Assembly: GCA_040954595.2 (NCBI GenBank)
Contig: CM082592.2
Location: forward strand, 248,001-312,000
DNA from: Balanoglossus misakiensis
Taxonomy: Eukaryota > Animalia > Hemichordata
Direction of reading: 5' to 3'
Length of the DNA: 64,000 bases
The notes beneath the pieces are model-generated. The model did not search any database and had not been told where the DNA came from. It was given only the letters and a program-made list of their open reading frames with translations. Each line of letters starts with the position of its first letter. Positions within the stretch are counted from its first letter, which is position 1. Shown here piece after piece: positions 11,834 through 23,110 of the stretch. A program made the position numbers and the translations under genes.

Positions 11834-12915
11834 GGTCTAGCAGCCTACCTCCAGGTTCAGACAATATCTCCGACCTGAGGCGAAGCAGGTTACACAATTT
11901 GCGCCACCAACGGCAGTTTCTGATTTCCGCCAACTATTGATATATACTGGTATGAGTGCAACCAACTTGATTCAATTTAATAGTCTGTTGCCGCCCCCCC
12001 CCCCCCACTTTTTGAACACTGTTGACAATACACTCATGAAAGGGGTGAGGTATGGGCCCATAATGTGTTTTGCATTGCTGTGAATGGAATTTTGTATCGA
12101 ATGACATTGGCATTTATCCCCAAATCATTTACTATTTTGTCCATTGCCAACAGATGCCCGCGTTCACAGTTTTGAGAATTTTTACCTCCTGCAATATATA
12201 TTTTGCCGAATTTGAGAGCAATCTCTGTTGCGAGGCAGTTGCATGAAACCTTCTCCCGTCTGAACTAGATGCCAATAAGAGAGGGTTTTTAGTCACAATG
12301 GTCACTTCTGACAAAAGGTTCTATTTGTCTGGAAATGAGTTTACAGTGGCAATTCACTAAAATCTCAGTGAGCATAACTGCAGTTATAGAATTTTAACCA
12401 AGCGTATGTTTTCATATCAATGAAAAATACCAGGATGTAAAGGTCATGAGATGGTCACGAAAATGACATAATTGTTCAAGACTAGAGGATAGCAATGTAA
12501 AAAGACAATGCGCCATGGAGTATATTAGTAAGTAACTATTTATTTATTTAAAACAAACCAAGCTTAGTTTTACCAGTTTTAATTTGAGGAAACAAATATT
12601 TTGTAAAAAGATGAACAAATATTTTTCTGACATCACTATTGTCGACAAGCCTCTTGCTTTTCACATCCCTCCAGTTCCAATCCAAGATCACATAGCCAAG
12701 TGTGACAGGGCGATCAACGTATAGGCCTTAGTATCATTCTAAGAGGGTTAGCAGCTTTCATTATGATGGGGCATGTGATTCAGGTCCCCCCCCCCCCATC
12801 TACCTTAGCTGAGCTTTGGATCGCTTCGCCAAAGTTTATATGACAAGGGTGTTAGACCATTCCTATAACATTAGGCTAGCTATATCGTTTATATGCATTA
12901 ATGAATTAATTAATA

Positions 12916-12974
12916 TGACTGACTGACGAACTGACTGACTGACTGAATGAATGAATGAATCAATCAATCAATCA
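12916..12974. repeat. (GACT)n-(GAAT)n-(CAAT)n compound microsatellite
   Basis: Seen directly. Confidence 0.8.
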
Positions 12975-13233
12975 CCCGACATGGCCTGGAAGGATTCACC
13001 CCCTGTTGAGATGTTGGCACCCCCTAGCAAATTGTCATGGGTGGGGTGGTCAGTGGCCCTTAAAATGATGTCACTCACATGATAGAGATATTAATTACAT
13101 AACTCTTTTCCAGAGTGTGCTCTATTTACACTCTGCACTATATTCAGGTACATGTGTAATGATATTTCAATTACTTTTGGAATCACAGGACAGTAGAAAG
13201 GTTGATTGAACAAAGGATTTGAAATTCACTCAC

Positions 13234-13302
13234 CATGTATTGGAACAGCTCTTACAGACATCACATCATCATTCAACGCTAAATCTTCGTAACTTTTACA
13301 TA
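13234..13302 (-). pseudogene. ELAC2: Exon resembling ELAC2 (tRNase Z long form) exon 6
   Basis: ttatattaacAG | 69 nt, phase 1-1, (V)CKSYEDLALNDDVMSVRAVPIH(G) | GTgagt. It resembles human [22 protein letters not shown], which I recall as a 69-nt exon (to be verified). Confidence 0.6.
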
Positions 13303-14149
13303 CTGTTAATATAAATATAATTACTTTTCTTTAAATATCATCCAAATATTACAATGTTTCTAGCAATTTCATAAACTGCATTAATATAATACTGTGTGTA
13401 TGATATATACTTTGTGGATAGGATACAGATCTTTGCTTATTACCAAGAATATAACACCATGTGTTTGGATTTTAAATGCAGTTCGGAGCTGACTGTGTTG
13501 CATTTTGACTGCAAAATTAAAATATTTAGTTACATTTCCTTGCATTTAGTGTTGAAAATGTCACTTTTAGCTTTAAAATGAGCACTGATATCTATGGAAC
13601 TAGGAGAATCGTGCTTTCTATTCTACAACAAACAATATTTACATTTAATCAAACAACAGGAGGATATTTGACAGTCAATCAATAAATATAACATACATAT
13701 GAGTTGCATGTACAAAACTAGACACATGTATGTATGTGATATTTAAAGAGACATTAACTGTAACACATGCTCTACCCAGAACTCCACTTGTCAACATAAC
13801 CTGTATGTGTGTAACGGCTATTGAAATGAATTCTAGTCCAGACTTGACTTCAAATTTAGAATAACAATACTGACTAGACACACCTATATTTCATCATGAT
13901 TCAGGGATTTGAACAAGACACTGCAGTAAATACTTAAAACAAAAATACTGAAAACAAAGTGAAAAGTTACAGCTTATGAAGCTTGAAATATGTTCAGACA
14001 CAAGTAGAACAGGCAATGAAAACACATTATAAACATTGGGAAAAACACCCAAAGTTACATGTACTACCGGTATCTCTTTAGTGACAAAGATGCAACTAAA
14101 CTAGCATGTATTGTACAACCAATAGTGAAAAGAGTTGAAATGTACATAC

Positions 14150-14217
14150 CAATCTAGGTGGTCCATAGTAGGTCACTTTCTTTGCTGTGCCTATGTCTCT
14201 AAGTGTCAGTGTTAAAC
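14150..14217 (-). pseudogene. ELAC2: Exon resembling ELAC2 (tRNase Z long form) exon 4
   Basis: ttgtcttatgacAG | 68 nt, phase 1-0, (G)LTLTLRDIGTAKKVTYYGPPRL | GTatgt. It resembles human [22 protein letters not shown] as recalled. Confidence 0.68.
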
Positions 14218-14341
14218 CTGTCATAAGACAAACCAAATGATTTATATACATGAATATTCAAATGATGTATTCCTTGGCTGTATTGACAAACACACTGTCT
14301 ACATTCTTGAATACTAGTGTGTTACGTATTGACAGCCAAGA

Positions 14342-14644
14342 TTATACACATGATGACTGACAATGAGGGCAACATTGTATTTTTGATGATCGAGGGCGCT
14401 GCTAGTCACAACTAAAACAGACTGTTTTGGTGTGACTTGCAGTCCTGAGGTCATCAAAAATACACTGTTGCCCGAATATGTCAGTCATCATGTGTTGTAT
14501 AACACACCAAACACGTAATTATATCAAGACGGGGCAACAGTACTGGGCAGAAACCGATCGAACTGATGCCCTAGGGAACAGTTCGAAATGACTTAGGTCA
14601 CATGACGAATCACGATCGAGGGTTCGCTGCATGGTGTGTTATAA
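14342..14644. mobile_element. Second double-inverted-repeat non-autonomous element (possibly Crypton-like)
   Basis: A ~160-bp palindrome ttatacacatgatgactgaca...tgtcagtcatcatgtgttgtataa (14342-14502) abuts the IR tataacacacca (14498-14509) / tggtgtgttata (14632-14643). Confidence 0.55.
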
Positions 14645-16189
14645 ACTACTTTGTCACACTCCGGGCACGCTGGGAGTGTGGGATCAAAGTGTGTAAACAA
14701 ATCAATCCCACACACTCACTGAATCGAAGGCTGTATATGATGTGAGTGCTGATTGGTTGACAAAGTATTCTTTTGCTAACGCGCACTAAATGTTATCCAA
14801 TGGCACGATGTGTAATATAGGGACAGAGACTAAAACATGCCAGATGAAAGTTTCAGAGAAATTTATTGAATGTTTTTAACGAATTTGGATAATTTGTGAC
14901 TGTGTGAGAAATAAGAGTTTGAGATTCTATTAGTCACATATATTTGTAATCAAATCTATGTCTGTTGTCATTTTATTAAACTTGGGTCATGGAAATATTA
15001 TAAAACAAGTAACAAATGTTTTATTTCAATTGTACATTGTAACAAGGGTGAATATAATTTATTATCTTTTCTGGAATGCTATTCCACACTGTGGGACCAA
15101 CAAATTCGATTAAAGTCTGACCTAACCGATTGTTATATTTTGGAGGATGATAAATATTGTTACCTCTTGAATGACTGTGATAACCATGTTCTATTAGGAA
15201 GTGTGTCAGGAACGAAAATAGCAGCCTGTAATTTGAATTGACTGTATATGAGATTAAATTGGATAGCTCGTCTCACGCGCATGCGCGTAAATTCCCAGCA
15301 AATTTTCCGTTCGATGCATTCAAATAGTGGACTGCCTTCGCTTCCTTCCATATTTCATGCGCACAGTATAGCGTTCGTTAGCAACGTTGATCAAGTCAGA
15401 TTTCCTACGGCATGGCTTGGCTAAAGCCCTGGCACTTTAGAGCAGAAACACGCGTACAGAGACCACGTTGATCTACTCACATTTCCTTCGGCCTGGCACG
15501 GCTGATGCCCCGGCACTATATATAGGACACAGACTGGCGTAAGTTAACAACGGTAATCACGTCGGGTTTCCTACGGCCTGGCTCAGCTGAAGCCCCGGCA
15601 CTCTAGAGCAGAAACAGGCGTACATCGACCACGTTGATCAAGTCAGATTTCCTACGGCGTGACTCGGCTGGTGCACCGGCTCTATATGACACAGACTGGC
15701 GTAAGTTATCAACGGTGATTACGTCGGATTTCCTACGGCCTGGTTTAGCTGAAGCCCCGGCACTTAAGAGCGGAAACACGCGTATATTGACCACGATGAT
15801 CAAGTCAGATCTCCTACGGCCTGGCTCGACTAAAACCCCGGCACACCATGACAGACACTAGCGTTCGTTAGCAACGGTGATCAAGTCGGATTTCCTTCGG
15901 CCTGGCTCTGCAAAAGACCCGACACTCTAGTACAAAGACGTTGGCTAAGTCGGGCAAACCGAAGAGGGAAAGTCACAGCGGTTCAACACTTGACATTTGT
16001 TCGGGTAGGACTGCATTATTGCCTGTCAATTTATAGAGAAAGCCCGAATTTAACCAGGGCGTTTCAAACACCGACGTTAGTTGGGGGCACGGCCTGCAGT
16101 ACTGCCGGGTAAGCTGACATCGGCGTACCGCATATAATGTAGGGGGGGGGGAACAGAACGGTTCAATACTACATTTATTAGATATCAGC

Positions 16190-17120
16190 TAATTTTGGAC
16201 AATCATCTAAAATCTAAATCATTTTTTCATATTTGGATATCTGATGATGTATGAAATTTCCATTATATGTAAAAATGGTGCTGATTATAAAAAATGCACT
16301 CTGAATGAGCTGATTTAATACAAAATTGCGTTTTATTCGTTATTGCACCAAAAAGGTCATTTTTAGGCAAAACATTCTTTATTTTTTTTAATTCGGTGAC
16401 CTGATCATATATAAACAATTGCTTGTATGTTAAAAGTTTTGATGACTTTTCAAAGCAGTGACACTGGCGGCATTCAACACGAAAATAACAATTTTAGCCA
16501 CAATTTGGTCAATATGGTAAATTTTTGAAAATTACAAAAATACCTGTTTTATACATTTTCGGAAATCTAATGGAGTATAGAATGCTCTTCGTACGTATAT
16601 ATCGATACAAATTCCACAAAAGACCGTGTAATTTGGCTCACTGCAGACAAAATTGCGTTTTACCAAATTTTCCTTGAAAATGTCATTTTTAGAAGAAAAA
16701 AAAAATTAAAAAAACCTTTGTTCTTCGAATTTGGTGCCCTGATCATATATGACATGTTGATTGTATGTTAAAACTTTCGACCACTCCAAAAATGCATAGA
16801 TATTGACGGAATTCAAGAAAAAATAGCCATTTTGGCCATATTTTGACAAAAATGGTAAATTTTTAAAAAATCATAAAAAATTAACTCTTTTCTTCATTTT
16901 CGGAAATATTATGGAGCATGAAGTGTCGTTCTCTTGTAAAAAGTGCTGCAAATTCCAGAAAAGGTGGTATAATTTGAATCACCCAAGACAAAATTACCAT
17001 TTTCGACTTTTTTTGAAAAATTGTCTTTTTTACAAAATAAATAAGAATAAATTCTTTTCTTAGTTTCAAACGGGTAGAGATACTTTCCACACGGGTTTTC
17101 TAACATTGAATTCCCGTTCA
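16190..17120. repeat. AT-rich block of the macrosatellite unit, about 3 degenerate ~335-bp subrepeats (representative copy)
   Basis: acaaaatt(g/a)c anchors at ~16320, 16647 and 16989; ctgatcatatat at ~16401 and 16739; ttttcggaaat at ~16556 and 16897. Confidence 0.75.
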
Positions 17121-20100
17121 TCAACTCAGATTTCCTACAGCATAAGTCGGCTAAAACCCTGACACTCTAGAGCAGAAACAGTTGCACACTGGTAACGTTG
17201 AACAAGTCGATTTTTCTACGGCCTGGCTCGGCTAAATCTCCGTCACAATATGACAGACGGTGATGAAGTCAGATTTTCTACGGCATGGCTTGGATAAAGC
17301 CCCGGCACTCTAAAGCAGAAACACGCGTACAGAGAGCACGTTGATCAAGTCAGATTTCCTACGGCATGGCTTGGCTAAAGCCCTGGCACTATAGAGCAGA
17401 AACACGCGTACAGAGACCACGTTGATCTACTCACATTTCCTTCGGCCTGGCACGGCTGATGCCCCGGCACTATATATAGGACACAGACTGGCGTAAGTTA
17501 ACAACGGTAATCACGTCGGGTTTCCTACGGCCTGGCTCAGCTGAAGCCCCGGCACTCTAGAGCAGAAACAGGCACACATTGACCACGTTGATCAAGTCAG
17601 ATTTCCTACGGCGTGACTCGGCTGGTGCACCGGCTCTATATGACACAGACTGGCGTAAGTTATCAACGGTGATTACGTCGGATTTCCTACGGCCTGGTTT
17701 AGCTGAAGCCCCGGCACTTTAGAGCGGAAACACGCGTACATTGACCACGATGATCAAGTCAGATCTCCTACGGCCTGGCTCGACTAAAACCCCGGCACAC
17801 CATGACAGACACTAGCGTTCGTTAGCAACGGTGATCAAGTCGGATTTCCTTCGGCCTGGCTCTGCAAAAGACCCGACACTCTAGTACAAAGACGTTGGCT
17901 AAGTCGGGCAAACCGAAGAGGGAAAGTCACAGCGGGTCAACACTCGACATTTGTTCGGGTAGGACTGCATTATTGCCTGTCAATTTATAGAGAAAGCTCG
18001 AATTTAACCAGGGCGTTTCAAACACCGACGTTAGTTGGGGGCACGGCCTGCAGTACTGCCGGGTAAGCTCACATCGGCGTACCGCATATAATGTAGGGGG
18101 GGGGGGGAACAGAACGGTTTAATACTACATTTATCTGTTATCAGCTAATTTTGGACAATCATCTAAAATCTAAATCATTTTTTCATATTTGGATATCTGA
18201 TGATGTATGAAATTTCCATTATATGTAAAAATGGTGCTGATTATAAAAAATGCACTCTAATTTAATACAAAATTGCGTTTTATTCGTTTTTGCACCAAAA
18301 AGGTCATTTTTAGGCAAAGCATTCTTTATTTTTTTAATTCGGTGACCTGATCATATATAAATAATTGCTTGTATGTTTAAAGTTTTTATGACTTTTAAAA
18401 GCAGTGACACTGGCGGCATTCAACACGAAAATAACAATTTTAGCCACAATTTGGTCAAAATGGTAAATTTTTGAAAATTACAAAAAATACCTGTTTTCTA
18501 CATTTTCGGAAATCTGATGGAGTATAGAATGCTCTTCGTATGTAAATATCGATACAAATTCCACAAAAGACCGTCTAATTTGGCTCACTGCAGACAAAAT
18601 TGCGTTTTACCAAATTTTCCTTGAAAATGTCATTTTTAGAAAAAAAAATAAAAAAACCTTTGTTCTTCGAATTTGGTGCCCTGATCATATATGACATGTT
18701 GATTGTATGTTAAAACTTTCGACCACTCCAAAAAAGCAGAGATATTGACGGAATTCAAGAAAAAATAGCAATTTTGGCCATATTTTGACAAAAATGGTAA
18801 ATTTTTAAAAAATCATAAAAAATTAACTCTTTTCTTCATTTTCGGAAATATTATGGAGCATGAAGTGTCGTTCTCTTGTAAAAAGTGCTGCAAATTCAAG
18901 AAAAGGCGGTATAATTTAAATCACCCAAGACAAAATTACCATTTTCGACTTTTTGTCGAAAAATTGTCTTTTTTACAAAATAAATAAGAATAAATTCTTT
19001 TCTTAGTTTCAAACGGGTAGAGATACTTTCCACACGGGTTTTCTAACATTGAATTCCCGTTCATCAACTCAGATTTCCTACAGCATAAGTCGGCTAAAAC
19101 CCTGACACTCTAGAGCAGAAACAGTTGCACACTGGTAACGTTGAACAAGTCGATTTTTCTACGGCCTGGCTCGGCTAAATCTCCGTCACAATATGACAGA
19201 CACTAGCGTACGTTAGCAACGGTGATGAAGTCAGATTTTCTACGGCATGGCTTGGATAAAGCCCCGGCACTTTAAAGCAGAAACACGCGTACAGAGAGCA
19301 CGTTGATCAAGTCTGATCTCCTACGGCTTGGCTCGACTAAAACCCCGGCACACTATGACAGACACTAGCGTTAGTAAGCAACGTTGATCAAGTCAGATTT
19401 CCTACGGCATGGCACGGCTGATGCCCCGGCACTATCTATAGGACACAGACTGGCGTAAGTTAACAACGGTAATCACGTCGGGTTTCCTACGGCCTGGCTC
19501 AGCTGAAGCCCCGGATCTAGAGCAGAAACAGGCATACATTGACCACGTTGATCAATTCAGATTTCCTACGGCGTGACTCGGCTGGTGCACCGGCTCTATA
19601 TGACACAGACTGGCGTAAGTTATCAACAGTGATTACGTCGGATTTCCTACGGCCTGGTTTAGCTGAAGCCCCGGCACTTTAGAGCGGAAACACGCGTACA
19701 TTGACCACGATGATCAAGTCAGATCTCCTACGGCCTGGCTCGACTAAAACCCCGGCACACCATGACAGACACTAGCGTTCGTTAGCAACGGTGATCAAGT
19801 CGGATTTCCTTCGGCCTGGCTCTGCAAAAGACCCGACACTCTAGTACAAAGACGTTGGCTAAGTCGGGCAAACCGAAGAGGGAAAGTCACAGCGGGTCAA
19901 CACTCGACATTTGTTCGGGTAGGACTGCATTATTGCCTGTCAATTTATAGAGATAGCTCGAATTTAACCAGGGCGTTTCAAACACCGACGTTAGTTGGGG
20001 GCACGGCCTGCAGTACTGCCGGGTAAGCTGACATCGGCGTACGGCATATAATGTAGGGGGGGGGGGGAACAGAACGGTTTAATACTACATTTATCTGTTA

Positions 20101-23100
20101 TCAGCTAATTTTGGACAATCATCTAAAATCTAAATCATTTTTTCATATTTGGATATCTGATGATGTATGAAATTTCCATTATATGTAAAAATGGTGCTGA
20201 TTATAAAAAATGCACTCTAATTTAATACAAAATTGCGTTTTATTCGTTTTTGCACCAAAAAGGTCATTTTTAGGCAAAGCATTCTTTATTTTTTTAATTC
20301 GGTGACCTGATCATATATAAACAATTGCTTGTATGTTTAAAGATTTTATGACTTTTAAAAGCAGTGACACTGGCGGCATTCAACACGAAAATAACAATTT
20401 TAGCCACAATTTGGTCAAAATGGTAAATTTTTGAAAATTACAAAAATACCTGTTTTCTACATTTTCGGAAATCTGATGGAGTATAGAATGCTCTTCGTAT
20501 GTATATATCGATACAAATTCCACAAAAGACCGTCTAATTTGGCTCACTGCAGACAAAATTGCGTTTTACCAAATTTTCCTTGAAAATGTCATTTTTAGAA
20601 AAAAAAATAAAAAAACCTTTGTTCTTCGAATTTGGTGCCCTGATCATATATGACATGTTGATTGTATGTTAAAACTGTCGACCACTCCAAAAAAGCAGAG
20701 ATATTGACGGAATTCAAGAAAAATAGCAATTTTGGCCATATTTTGACAAAAATGGTAAATTTTTAAAAAATCATAAAAAATTAACTCTTTTCTTCATTTT
20801 CGGAAATATTATGGAGCATGAAGTGTCGTTCTCTTGTAAAAAGTGCTGCAAATTCAAGAAAAGGCGGTATAATTTAAATCACCCAAGACAAAATTACCAT
20901 TTTCGACTTTTTTTCGAAAAATTGTCTTTTTTACAAAATAAATAAGAATAAATTCTTTTCTTAGTTTCAAACGGGTAGAGATACTTTCCACACGGGTTTT
21001 CTAACATTGAATTCCCGTTCATCAACTCAGATTTCCTACAGCATAAGTCGGCTAAAACCCTGACACTCTAGAGCAGAAACAGTTGCACACTGGTAACGTT
21101 GAACAAGTCGATTTTTCTACGGCCTGGCTCGGCTAAATCTCCGTCACAATATGACAGACACTAGCGTACGTTAGCAACGGTGATGAAGTCAGATTTTCTA
21201 CGGCATGGCTTGGATAAAGCCCCGGCACTCTAAAGCAGAAACACGCGTACAGAGAGCACGTTGATCAAGTCTGATCTCCTACGGCTTGGCTCGACTAAAA
21301 CCCCGGCACACTATGACAGACACTAGCGTTAGTAAGCAACGTTGATCAAGTCAGATTTCCTACGGCATGGCTTGGCTAAAGCCCTGGCACTATAGAGCAG
21401 AAACAGTTGCACACTGGTAACGTTGAACAAGTCGATTTTTCTACGGCCTGGCTCGGCTAAATCTCCGTCACAATATGACAGACACTAGCGTACGTTAGCA
21501 ACGGTGATGAAGTCAGATTTTCTACGGCATGGCTTGGATAAAGCCCCGGCACTCTAAAGCAGAAACACGCGTACAGAGAGCACGTTGATCAAGTCTGATC
21601 TCCTACGGCTTGGCTCGACTAAAACCCCGGCACACTATGACAGACACTAGCGTTAGTAAGCAACGTTGATCAAGTCAGATTTCCTACGGCATGGCTTGGC
21701 TAAAGCCCTGGCACTATAGAGCAGAAACACGCGTACAGAGACCACGTTGATCTACTCACATTTCCTTCGGCCTGGCACGGCTGATGCCCCGGCACTATAT
21801 ATAGGACACAGACTGGCGTAAGTTAACAACGGTAATCACGTCGGGTTTCCTACGGCCTGGCTCAGCTGAAGCCCCGGCACTCTAGAGCAGAAACAGGCAT
21901 ACATTGACCACGTTGATCAAGTCAGATTTCCTACGGCGTGACTCGGCTGGTGCACCGGCTCTATATGACACAGACTGGCGTAAATTATCAACAGTGATTA
22001 CGTCGGATTTCCTACGGCCTGGTTTAGCTGAAGCCCCGGCACTTTAGAGCGGAAACACGCGTACATTGACCACGATGATCAAGTCAGATCTCCTACGGCC
22101 TGGCTCGACTAAAACCCCGGCACACCATGACAGACACTAGCGTTCGTTAGCAACGGTGATCAAGTCGGATTTCCTTCGGCCTGGCTCTGCAAAAGACCCG
22201 ACACTCTAGTACAAAGACGTTGGCTAAGTCGGGCAAACCGAAGAGGGAAAGTCACAGCGGGTCAACACTCGACATTTGTTCGGGTAGGACTGCATTATTG
22301 CCTGTCAATTTATAGAGAAAGCTCGAATTTAACCAGGGCGTTTCAAACACCGACGTTAGTTGGGGGCACGGCCTGCTGTACTGCCGGGTAAGCTGACATC
22401 GGCGTACCGCATATAATGTAGGGGGGGGGGGGGGAACAGAACGGTTTAATACTACATTTATCTGTTATCAGCTAATTTTGGACAATCATCTAAAATCTAA
22501 ATCATTTTTTCATATTTGGATATCTGATGATGTATGAAATTTCCATTATATGTAAAAATGGTGCTGATTATAAAAAATGCACTCTAATTTAATACAAAAT
22601 TGCGTTTTATTCGTTTTTGCACCAAAAAGGTCATTTTTAGGCAAAGCATTCTTTATTTTTTTAATTCGGTGACCTGATCATATATAAACAACTGCTTGTA
22701 TGTTTAAAGTTTTTATGACTTTTAAAAGCAGTGACACTGGCGGCATTCAACACGAAAATAACAATTTTAGCCACAATTTGGTCAAAATGGTAAATTTTTG
22801 AAAATTACAAAAAATACCTGTTTTCTACATTTTCGGAAATCTGATGGAGTATAGAATGCTCTTCGTATGTATATATCGATACAAATTCCACAAAAGACCG
22901 TCTAATTTGGCTCACTGCAGACAAAATTGCGTTTTACCAAATTTTCCTTGAAAATGTCATTTTTAGAAGAAAAAAAATAAAAAAACCTTTGTTCTTCGAA
23001 TTTGGTGCCCTGATCATATATGACATGTTGATTATATGTTAAAACTTTCGACCACTCCAAAAATGCAGAGATATTGACGGAATTCAAGAAAAAATAGCCA

Positions 23101-23110
23101 TTTTGGCCAT

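Noticed and set aside
12186-12307. Possible further minus-strand exon (EVTIVTKNPLLL...KYILQE) as ELAC2 exon 7
   Set aside because: It has AG/GT ends and an open frame but no recognisable similarity, so it cannot be supported without RNA data.
15171-15232. AG/GT-bounded 62-nt minus-strand segment as an upstream ELAC2 exon
   Set aside because: No frame resembles the expected IFLTR..W.NVGGL motif.
15603-15861. 81-bp (27-codon) monomers as a repetitive protein gene
   Set aside because: Recurrent stop codons and an 85-bp monomer break the frames, and there is no long ORF or splice pattern.
15386-15880. 5S rRNA-like words in the monomers (cctacggcc, accacgttga, gtctgatctc, ggcctggtttag)
   Set aside because: Order and spacing are not colinear with a ~120-nt 5S gene, and there is no box C or terminator.
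15960-16200. RNase P/MRP-like GGAAAGTC and U2 stem-loop-IV-like tgcagtactgccggg in the core
   Set aside because: No partner strand for the P4 helix and no U2 5' region or correctly placed Sm site. These are short chance matches.
16225-16270. Minimal hammerhead ribozyme (CTGATGA..GAAA..TC)
   Set aside because: Stem I does not pair next to the core, and the motif is not kept in the homologous AT-rich subrepeats.
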